NCBI GenBank assembly: GCA_038087875.1
Contig: CM075997.1
Span: 2,172,001-2,236,000, forward strand
Length of the DNA stretch: 64,000 nucleotides
Origin: Malacoraja senta
Lineage: Eukaryota
Direction: 5' to 3'
Below the pieces are notes generated by a model. That model was not told where the DNA came from and did no database searches. It saw only the letters and a program-made list of their open reading frames with translations. Both the position numbers and the translations under genes were made by a program. Shown here in pieces: positions 27,101 through 39,100 of this stretch. Each line of letters starts with the position of its first letter. The stretch's first letter is position 1.

Positions 27101-30100
27101 AAAACTTTCATACTGCACATTAAATTGTATGGTGTTTAAGAAGGAACTGCAGATGCTGGAAAATCGAAGGCAGACAAAAGTGCTGGAGAAATTCAGCGGT
27201 ACAGCAGCATCTATAGAGCGAAGGAATTCCATATAGCAGCATCTATGGAGCGGGTACAGCAGCATCTATGGAGCGTCTGAAGAAGGGTTTCGGCCCGAAA
27301 CGTTGCCTATTTCCGCTCCATAGATGCTGCTGTACCCGCTGAGTTTCTCCAGCATTTTTATCTACATTAAATTGTATGGGCTGTGTGTTTTCCCCCTCAC
27401 AATACAAAACTTTTGTCCAAGGAGAATAATTTGCATTCCCCCAGGAGCTGAAGATTCCTCATCTGTGGAACCACTCTTGTAAATCTTTTCTGCATCCTCT
27501 TTCTAGGACTACCATTATTTCCTCAAGAGTACCAGAAATAGATGCAACATTATGCATCAACAGTGAAAGTAGTAACATTTTCACTGAGCTGCTCCGAGTA
27601 CCAGTTCAAGTAATGATGAACGATTCCAACGTACGTGCACTTGAGCTGTGATTCCACTTGACTCATTTCGAGAGCGTTACATGGAACTTGGGTGGAGTGG
27701 TGAACCAATGGAAACCAACTTCAGGAAATGTTTGAAGGCACACAAAGCTTTCATACAGCACGTTAAATTGAGCGGGAATGTGTATTTTCCCGACAGTAAT
27801 GTCAGTAACATAGATGACCAACAACACAAAACTTACCTCTGGTTATTTGCAGATGGTCTCCACAAGAACATTATGACAAGCAGCAAAATTGAGAAAAGAA
27901 ACCGCCAAAATGCGTCTTCTATCCACAGCTCCCGCCAGTCCTGGTGCATTAAAATAAAGAAAAGAAATGTATTTACATAGTAAGTAAGTAAGATTATTGG
28001 CCAAGTATTCACATACAAGGAATTTGCCTTGGTGCTCCGCCCTCAAGTAACAACATGACATACAGTGACCGTTACGAATGACTCAGAAAACACTAAACAT
28101 TAATAATAATAATAAAACATGAATGATAAAACACCATTGATCAAGCATGTGAACCAACAAAATACCTGATCAAAGCACATTGTAAGTCTCAAAACATGAA
28201 AAAACATTTGGCAATTATTAGGGAGCTACATTGTATACAACAAGCAACATGGATGTCACCGTGATGAATGACCAGCTACTTGATATTTTTCATAGTCCAG
28301 GTTAGGCAGAACAGCAGCCACTACAACAACAACAACGTCCCTCTTCCATCAGCACTGTTTCAGTTTGGTTTACAGACACAGCATGGAAATAGGCCCACAC
28401 CACCGATTATCTGTTCACATCAATTCTATGCTATCCCACTTTCTCCTCCTCTCCCTACACATTAGGGACCATTTTACAGAGGGCCAATTTCCTCCCACAT
28501 CCCAGACGTCTCTGGGATGTGGGAGGAAACCAGAGTAACCGGGGACAACCCGCTCGGTCAAAGAACGTGCAAACTCCACACAGATGATAAGTTTGTTGAT
28601 CAACTAAACATATCTATATTGAGATGGAGGATTTTTTAGACAAGGGTTTAACGAATGTGGAAGAATTAAGGCAAAAGGTAAAGGCACAGATTATCCATGA
28701 TCTAAACAAGTTAAGAAACAGGCTGAATGAGCTACTCCTATGTTCACAAATAAACTACTTCCAACTACTTACAGCAGGCAGTGAAGAAAGCTAATGGAAT
28801 GTTGGCCTTCATAACAAGAGGATTTCAGTATAGGAGTAAAGTGGTTCTTCTGCAGTTGTATAGGGCTCTGGTGAGACCACATCTGGAGTATTGTGTCCAG
28901 TTTTGGTCTCCGAATTTGAGGAAGGACATCCTTGTGATTGAGGCAGTGCAGCGTAGGTTCACGAGATTGATCCCTGGGATGGCGGGACTGTCATATGAGG
29001 AAAGATTGAAAAGACTAGGCTTGTATTCACTGGGGTTTAGAAGGATGAGGGGGGATCTTATAGAAACATGTAAAATTATAAAAGGACTGGACAAGCTAAA
29101 TGCAGGGAAAATGTTCCCAATGTTGGGCGAGTCCAGAACCAGGGGCCACAGTCTTAGAATAAAGGGGAAGCCATTTAAGACTGAGGTGAGAAAAAAAGTT
29201 TTCACCCAGTGAGTTGTGAATTTGTGGAATTCCCTGCCACAGAGGGCAGTGGAGGCCAAGTCACTGGATGGATTTAAGAGAGAGTTAGATAGAGCTCTAG
29301 GGGCTAGTGGAATCAAGGGATATGGGGAGAAGGCAGGCCCAGGTTATTGTTTGGGGACGATCAGCCATGATGACAATGAATGGCTCGAAGGACCGAATGG
29401 CCTCCTCCTGCACCTATTTTCTATGTTTCTAAACACGATGCCTCTTGTGTTTCATTCAACTCGCATTAAGAGATAGCACACAGATCAAGTTACGTGGCAT
29501 TTGAGACCTGAGCACAAAAAAGTTAGGCTGACACATGAAAGGAGTGTAATATTGAAGGAGGTGTGTCCTCAAAGGATTAATAACAACTAGTATCTCATTT
29601 CACTCCTGGGTGAATGCAAAAGATCACCGAGCAATATTTTGAAGAGAAGAGTTATCCATGCTGTCTTGCTAACATTGACACAATGCAGCTTGTGGAAGCT
29701 TGTTGTGTGGACTGGCTATCTGAGTGACCACACTTTAGAGGCACGCCATGGCTGCAATGTTTTGGAATGGAAAGGATGGAGAAGATATTGTGCTAATGCC
29801 ATTTTTATGTGCTCAGTTATGCCACATTTGGAGTATTGTGCGCTGTTCAGGTTACCACACAATAGGATAGACAATAGACGCAGGAGTAGGCCATTCGGCC
29901 CTTTGACCCAGCACCGCCATTCAATCTGATCATCCCCAATCAGTACCCCGTTCCTGCCTTTTCCCCATATCCCCTGACTCCGCTATCTTTAAGAGCCCTA
30001 TCCAGCTCTCTTGAAAGCATCCAGAGAACCTGCCTCCACCACCCTCTGAGGCAGAGAATTCCACACACTCACAACTCTCTGTGAGAAAAAGTGTTTCCTC

Positions 30101-33100
30101 GTCTCCGTTCTAAATGGCTTACCCCTTATTCTTAAACTGTGACCCCTGGTTCTGGACTCCCCCAACATCGGGAACATGTTTCCTGCCTCTAGCGTGCCTA
30201 AACCCTTAACAATCTTATACGTTTCAATAAGATCCCCTCTCATCCTTCTAAACTCCAGAGTGTACAAGCCCAGCTGCTTCATTCTCTCAGCATATGACAG
30301 TCCCACCATCCCGGGAATTAACCTTGTAAACCTACGCTGCACTCCCTCAATAGCAAGAATGTCCTTCCTCAAATTAGGGGACCAAAACTGCACACAATAC
30401 TCCAGGTGTGGTCTCACTAGGTTGGATGGGGGGGCTTTGGAGAGACTGCAGAAGAGGTTCACCAGAATGCTTCTTGGATAGGAAAGTATTACCCATAAGG
30501 AGGGATTGGACAAACCTGGACTTTTTTTCTCAGGAGCAATGGAGGCCGTTGGGTAACTTGACAGAAGCAGATGAAATTATAAGGCACAGATAGGGTATCA
30601 GAGCCATTTTCCCCAGAGTGGTAATTTCAAGTACAAATGGGCAGGGGGAAACGTACAAGTGAGAGGGAAAATGTTGAAAGGAGATTTTCTTTTAAACAGA
30701 GCGGTGGGTGCCTGGAACGTACTACCAGGAGGGGTAGAAGTAGATACAATACCAATGTTTAAGACCCATTTTCAACAGACACACCAACATACAGGGATTA
30801 GAGAGATACACAGTATTGCAGGCGGGAGGAATTAGTTCATCTGGCATCATAGCACAGACATGATGGGTTGAATGGCCTGTTCTTGTGCTGTACTGTTCTA
30901 TCTTCTATAATACATCAACCAAAGGGGACTAGCAGACGAGCACATTTTTTTCAAACTTGGAGCGCTTAACAGAATTAAGGCCACTTGATTGGAATGGGTG
31001 GAGGGTAGTGCAAGCGTGCAAGATAAACAGAATTATCACACAACCAGTCAAAATGAAACAAATCATCCTGAAAGATTCTTTTCTGAAGCTGGGTGCGACG
31101 GCCTGCATTCCTGTTGCTGTTTGGACGTATCACTCGAGCAAACTTAACTTAAGGAAAAAAAAGCTGCCAAATGGATTGGCTTGCCTTCGTCCAGACAAAT
31201 GATCAGAAGTGCCAGGGAAACGGAGGCAGAGCTGCAACCAAGTTGAATCTGAATCTGAATCTGAATCTGAACCATTTGCCGTTTGCAGGGTTTACTCACC
31301 GACTGACAGGTTACAAGTCTGAACGTCATGGCCACCCAGATGACAAAGATCACTGAAGCTGAGGAAGGAACACAAACACTTGGTCAAGAAACTCTTCACT
31401 CTGCAATAAAGCAGGACAAAAAGTGAAACGTTGTTAGATTGACGTAAAATAACTGTACTTCTCTGGAGACATTAAAGAATTTTAAAAACAAATTGTATAT
31501 GTTCGGTCTCTCCAAATACCCTATTCTGATCTTCACCTTTCACCTTTCTATTTGGTCACACACCATCCTTATTCAGTGGGAATGAAGGCAACCCATAACC
31601 AACCCTGTATGAACAGCCTGTTATCTCATTGACTTGGAGAACATAAAACATGAGACTTCATATTTAACTCCCATCTCTTCCTCCAACAGAAATGTAACAA
31701 CCAAGATGGGTGCCTCAAAAGAATGAATCGGCTGGGCTTGTATTCAGTGGAATTTAGAAGGATGAGAGGGGATCTTACAGAAACATATAAAATTAAGGGA
31801 TTGGACAAGCTAGATGTAGGAAACATGTTCCCGATGTTGGGGGAGTCCAAAACCGGGGGCCACAGTTTAATAATATGCGGTAGGCCATTTAGAACAGAGA
31901 TGAGGAAAAACGTTTTCACCCAGAGAGTTGCGAATTTGTGGAATTCTCTGCCTCAGAAGGCAGTGGAGGCCGATTCACTGGATGCATTCAAAAGAGTGTT
32001 AGATAGAGCTCAAGGTATATGGGGAGAAGGCAGGAACGGGGTACTGATTGGGGATGATCAGCCATGATCACATTGAATGTCGGTGCTGGCTCGAAGGGCC
32101 GAATGGCCTACTCCTGCACCTATTTTCTATGTTTCTAAAAAGGTTAGATGTGCATTTTTAATCTCAGACCCACTCAGGGATAATTGGTTGGATCTGCATC
32201 CAGATTTTGATGTGCCACTGCTGATCCAAATACTTAGCACTGAGTGACCAGGTGATAGATCTGTGACTAATCTAAATATAATCCAGAATGGATCTTTGAA
32301 TCTAGACAGTTGTTGCATGAAAATGCAACACAGCTACGTTTAATGCTGAGAACATAACAGCTGGGGTGGGTTACAAAATAGAATCAATGGATAAAGCTCC
32401 ACCTCTGCCCAAGAGAAAGAACAAATACATTTCACTTGGCATCTTTCCCCATTCATCTTCCCCCTAGGAGTGCACGTGGCTGTGGTTTATGTTTGGACTT
32501 CTCCCTGTGACCGCATGGGATTTCTCCGGTTTCCTCCCACCTCCCAAAGACGTGCAGATCTGTAGGTTAATTGGCTTCTGTAAATTGCCCATAGTGTGTA
32601 GGTAACGAACGTGGGATAACATAGAGCAAGGATTCCCAACCTGGGGTAAATTTACCCCTCAGGGGGTAAATTTCACCTACCCAGGGGGTAAATTTGTTGA
32701 TTCTGGATTTGTACCTATTTTTTTCCGTTGACTGACTGTGTTTGGTTCTGATATATCGGTATCTGTTCATCATTAGTTGTTCATAAATAAGTGAAATAAC
32801 ATTGTTATGTGCTATTAAAGTAGCCAGGGGTAAACGGGACGAAAAAGGTTGGGAACCCCTGACATAGAGCTCGTGTGCATGGGTGAGCGATAGTTGGCGA
32901 GGACTTGATGGGCTGAAGGGCCCATTTCCATGCGATATCTCTAAACCAATGTTCATCAATGCGTGTTAATTTCCAGCAACCCTTTTGCTGTCTTTGCGAT
33001 TCCAACATTCTTGTGCTGGCATCAGTTCTGTGGTCATAGTTGATTTTAGACCATCTTGAAAATGCTGGTTGTAATCTTAATTGTAAAGCATAATTTGTTT

Positions 33101-36100
33101 TTGGAAAGGGGTAATAAAGTAATTATTTCAGTTGGTATCAAACTGATTGCTCAGTTGACACCTGACATGGAACAATAACAATGAAAGGCACATCATCCCA
33201 GGGTTTGAGGGAAGTAAAATGAGGCAGGGTTTATGGTCCTGAGCTAAATCTAGCAGCTCCCACTGTGGACACTGGCTCAGGCTGAGCACTGAACATCAAA
33301 CCACAATTAAAACATTTCAATCCAAGTGATTTTATGAAATAAAAGGATTAAAATCGAAATAGTGTACTGGAATGCCCGGAGAAAACCCACGCGGTCACAG
33401 GGTGAACATACCAACTCCACACAGACAGCACCCAAGGTCAGGATTGAACCCAGGTCTCTGGCATTGTGAGGCTGCAACTCGGCCGTTGTGCCACTGTGGC
33501 ATTCTGCTTTCCCTCCCAAACAATTCCCAATTAATTTACTGCACAACACTACAGGACTCACCAAAAACTGCAAATATTAACGTGTTGGTAAAGTGTCGGT
33601 ACAGCGAAAGTTTCACCAGAGTTCTTCGGAGTTTCAGCTGCTTCATTGTCTGGGATAGGCTTACGAAGATGTACAAGGAGTCAAGGAAACTATTTGTGTG
33701 TCAAAAAGCAATTGAGATTTCTTGGCTAGAAAATCCCTCATCCACATTACAGGTGCAGATTAATTACCACAATATAAGCAGCTCTTAACTGAAATTTTGG
33801 GACCAACCCTTAACTGAACATAGCACATAAAGCAGGAAGGAAAAAAATTGTTAATTGGGGTACAGAGAGAACTGGAAAATTCGGAATGGAAAATTGAATC
33901 AGTTAAGCGTTTATAAGCACACACCTCCAGATTCAGGTACAATTTCTTCCCAGCTGTTGTCAGGCAGCCGAATCATTCTACCTACAACTAGAGAGCAGTC
34001 CCGAGTAGACAAGTCTACTTCATTGAAGACCCTCGGACATTATTTGATCAGACTTTACTGGACTTTATCTTGTTATTCATGTTATTCCCTTTATCATGTA
34101 TCTGAACACTGTGGATGGCTTGATTGTAATCCTATATGGTCTTTCCGCTGACTGGTTAGCACGCAACAAGCACTTTTCACTGTACCTCAGTACAAGTGAC
34201 AATAAATTAAACTCAAACTGTTTCCTGCTTAAACACGACTTGCTTGCAGTTCAGTTTTGTGTGTCGAGGTACTTGATGAGGCTAACATAGTCCCCTAAAA
34301 CTCTGCAAGGGGTAATGTTTGACTGGATGTGCAAGTGGGTAGTTAGGGAGGTGGTACAATTCTGCCCCAATTTGCACCTTGCTTCTCTTCCAATGAAGAG
34401 TCTCCCAATTGCTCTCCCTCTCCATGTTGGTTGAGTGGGGCGTCAATTCCTATCAAACAGCTGGTGGCAGAAACATAGAAAATAGGTGCAGGAGGCCATT
34501 CGGCCCTTCGAGCCAGCACCGCCATTCATTGTGATCATGGCTGATCGTCCCCAATCAATAACCCTTGCCTGCCTTCTCCCCATATCCCTTGATTCCACTA
34601 GCCCCTAGAGCTCTATCTAACTCTCTCTTAAATCCATCCAGTGACTTGGCCTCCACTGCCCTCTGTGGCAGGGAATTCCACAAATTCACAACTCTCTGGG
34701 TGAAAACGTTTTTTCTCACCTCAGTCTTAAATGGCCTCCCCTTTATTCTAAGACTGTGGCCCCTGGTTCTGGATTCGCCCAACATTGGGAACATTTTTCC
34801 TGCATCTAGATTGTCCAGTCCTTTTAAGATTTGATATGTTTCTATAAGATGTTAACATCACATCCTGGTTCACCCTCACCTCTGTCAAAGACAAATCAAA
34901 GCTTTCCGGATCATCAATCAAGCAAGCAAAACAACTGGCAAAACTCAAAATCAATTATCAGTACTTCACACCCAGGCAGTTAAAAGGAAAGCCAACCTCA
35001 TTACACAGGATCCCACCCACCCCCTGCACAAGTCCTTCCAACTTCTGCCATCAGGCCGCCGATATAAAGTCCCCCTATCTAAGAAAAACATCCACAAAAA
35101 CTCATTCATACCCATTGCCATAAACAGCTTAAATAAAAAATGAACAATGGACAAATTAACCCTGACGCACTGTCACTTTACACGTATCCACAACTTTCAT
35201 CTTGTCTATTTTTACAGTTTTTAATCCTTATACTTGCTTTTAAGATCTATACACACGGTGTGTGCTCACAGAAATCTGTGTTGTATGACTGCTTATCAGT
35301 ACATTGTCCTGTTTGTATGTTGAGCCACGCCAAAGAAGATTTTCTGTTACAACAGACAATAAAGTTTTCTGAATCTGAATCTGAATCTGAAGATCCCCCG
35401 TCATCCTTCTAAACTCCAGTTAATACAAACCTAGTCTTTTCAATCTTTCCTCATATGTCAGTCCCGCCATCCAGGGATCAATCTCGTGAACCTACGCTGC
35501 ACTGCATCAATCACAAGGATGTCCTTCCTCAAATTAGGAGACCAAAACTGTACACAATACTCCAGCTGTGGTCTTACCAGAGCCCCATACTACTGCAGAA
35601 GAACCTCTTTACTCCTTTACTGAAATCTAGACGGTGTTACATCTTTTCCAAGGAGGTGTGGAAAATATTGTTGATATATATCCTCTACCCTCCTGGTATG
35701 CCAGTGTTTAATACAAAAAAGTGATCTTTCCATGCACACTGAATGCAAACTAGCCAAGCGTCAGTAGGATATCCACCAGTAGAGTGAAGAGTCTAGTATA
35801 GCAAGAGGAATGGCAGCCAGGAGGACTAAATCATCCTGATTCTACGAAACAGAAAGACAGAGAATACACAAGAGTAGAGCAGGGAAATAGCATCGCATAC
35901 AATACACAAGCATACAGCGAGCAGGAATTTCATCTCTATCAATTAGCTTTCAAGATATAATTGTTTAAGAAAGAACTGCAGATGCTGGTAAATTGAAGGT
36001 AGACAAAATGCTGGAGTAACTCAGCGAGTGAGGCAGCATCTATGGAGAGAAGGAATTGGCGACGTTTTGGGTCGAGACCCTTCGTCTGAAGAAGGGTCGA

Positions 36101-39100
36101 GACCTGAAACTTCGCCAATTCCTTCTCCCCATAGATGCTGCCTCACCCTCTGCGTTACTCCAGCATTTTTGTGTCTACCCTCAAGATATAATTATTGTAT
36201 CTGAGCAGTCAGTTTTCACTTGATGAAAGATCATCCACTTGAAAATTCCCATCTGTTATCAGGTGTTCTATCGGTTATCCATCTAGCTTGACAGTCCTTC
36301 CATAAGCTAAGGTATTGTCCGACCCATCTCTACCCCTTTGTCGACATTAAACCTTGTCAATGAACTAGTGTGCTGTTACAATACTAAGATCTATATTCTG
36401 CATCTTCCCTTTTGCTCTACCTATTGTAGTAGAGTTTAACTTGATTGTATTGAATGATGAATAGTATGATCTGATGATTGGATAGGATGCAAAACAAAGC
36501 TTTTTTACTGTACCTTGGTACATGTGACAATTATAAACATAAACCTCAATGTTAACTCCGTTTTGCTCTCTCTGCAGATGCTGCCTGACCTGCTGAGTAT
36601 CTCCAGCATAAGTTTTTTTACATTTCAGATTAACATCATTTGCAGACTTTCCCCTTTTCCTTGTCCAAAACCCAGTATTTAGATTATACTTTCATCCATA
36701 GATAGAAGGGAAAAACTGACACGTCTTGATTCCAATTCTAGTTAATACTTCGCACGTTTTTCTTTTCTGTTTCACGCAAATTTACGTGACAATTTCAATC
36801 TGAATTATTAATTGTAGCTAATTTTTAGCAGACAGAAGCGAGGAGGAGAATCTAACTTTCCCCCATTTAAATGCTGGAGTAACTATTTAGTTTCTTGGGC
36901 ATAGGTTTGACAAACCATAGCGAACCAGACAAGCTGCATCATGAGTAGAACAAGCATTAACACAAAGCTTCTGAAAGTTGTGTAGAAAATAACTCATGAA
37001 GGGGGGGTGGGGGTGGGGGAGTGAGTGAAAAAAAGGATATCCACCAAACAATGCAGGAGTCTATTAGCGCAAGAGAAATCTCACAGATGGTCATGGCTGC
37101 GATGGAACGATCCTGAAGAGGGACATCAGAGTTAGTTTACAACCAGTAGAGTAACCCAAGGGATGCTTTATACACCCTAAAAAGTTTTTACCTGCTGCCC
37201 AAAGGAATGGCATTACTGCATCAGAACAGTCATGTTGACTGAAGATAGACACAAAAAGCTGGAGTAACTCAGTAACAGGCAGCATCTCAGGAGAGAAGGA
37301 AGGGGTGACGTTGCGGGTCGAGACCCTTCTTCGGACTGGTCGACTGTCATGACTCTCAATACTGTTGACCGAGTTGGTCTTGGGATCTCTTTTGTTTAAG
37401 AAGGAACTGCAGATGCTGGAAAATCGAAGGTAGACAAAAGTGCTGGAGAAACTCAGCGGGTGCAGCAGCATCTATGGAGCGAAGGAAATAGGCAACGTCT
37501 CGGGCCGAAGAAGGGTTGAAGCGTTCAGTGTGAATGTGTTCAGCACCATCACAGTCATATTGGGCATTTATGAGACAGTGCTAGTATGAATATGGTGTTA
37601 GACTGATGTAGGGTGGGGGGGGGAGGGGGGGGGGGTGCAGGAAGAAGAAAGGAAGAAAGGAACATTGACTTCTGCAATTTCCGGTAGCCCTTATTGTCTC
37701 CTCCCCTTCTCAGCTCTCCCTCAGCCCTCTGGCTCCTCCTCTTCCTTTCTTCTTTCCGCCCCCCCCCCCCCCACCCTACATCAGTCTGAAGAAGGGTTTC
37801 GGCCCGAAACGTTGCCTATTTCCTTCGCTCCATAGATGTTGCCGCACCCGCTGAGTTTCTCCAGCACTTATGTCTACCTTGGGATCTCTTCTGTTGCCTT
37901 GACTCCAGGTTTTAGTTTAGTTTAGAGATGCAGCGCGGAAACAGGCCCTTTGGCCCACCGAGTCCGCGCCGACCAGCGATCCCTGCACACTTACACTATC
38001 CTACACACACTAGGGACAATTTACAATTATACCAAGCCAAATTAACCTACAAACCTGTACGTCTTTGGAGTGTGTGGTGGGGGGGGGGGGGGAAACAGGA
38101 GAAAACCCACAAGACAAACCTCTGGATTCTTTCTGCATGGAGGGAAAGCAGCCCAACAGAGATGGGGAACTTGTCTGATGCACTGGGATTGGGAAGTCGG
38201 TATAAATGACCCAGTATTCCTCTGCGTAGATCAAATGAGAATGTATATCTACTTTCACTGCAGGCAGTTTATAATCACACTACAACTTAGGGGACACATT
38301 GCTCAGTCAACATAATAGTCAATTTTCGGCGATCATCTCTTATATTTTTGCTACCCTGAATTTGCAATTTTGCATTAAAAAGTGTTCAACTGAACCAACA
38401 ATTAAAGGGCCTGTCCCACTTTCACGACCTAATTCACGACCTTTTTTAACTCGTGGACATTTTTCATCATGCTAGAAAAACGCCCCGACCTACTTGATGC
38501 CACGAATACCTACGACTAGCATCACGGCCTGCTACGACCTACCTATGACCTCGTGACGACCATGCTGCGAGTATGAGTAAAGGGCAAACTCGGCAGAGGT
38601 CGTGAATTAGGTCGTGAAAGTGGGACAGGCCCTTAACTTAGTCAAATTAGAGAGACATTATAGAGTCATACAATCATTTATGGATTGACGTTGAGAGTTG
38701 CCTGCATTTATTACGCATCCTTTATTGCTCTTGAGGAGGTGACAATGAGTGACCTTTCTGAACCACAGCAATGAAGATGAACCAAGGGCTGTTACAAGAT
38801 TTTGATCCTGAGATGATGGAATGGTAAATCATGCACAAGTCAGTAATGCATGAGATTTTGAAGTAACTTTAGTGGCGATTCCATGCATCTTAATGTAATG
38901 TGTTGCGAGTTACAGAGGAAGACTTGGCAGGCTTCTGCAATGAGGCCATGCAGGACACTTAAGCCTGTGAAGGGGGCCCATTTATCCCGACAACCCTCCA
39001 GTAATTCACTGGTAGCCCCACAAAATGGAAACCTAGAATTAACCGGCGAATTATAATGACAATAAATATCGAACAGGACAAAGCATCAAAACCAATCTCA

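Larger units (their letters stand above)
33671..37040 (-). other. U12-type (minor spliceosome) AT-AC intron with two alternative donors (37040 and 35772)
   Basis: Donors ATATCCTTT and ATATCCTAC; branch site TTCCTTGAC at 33680-33688; acceptor ...TGTAC at 33671 immediately before in-frame IFVSL exon. Confidence 0.92.
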
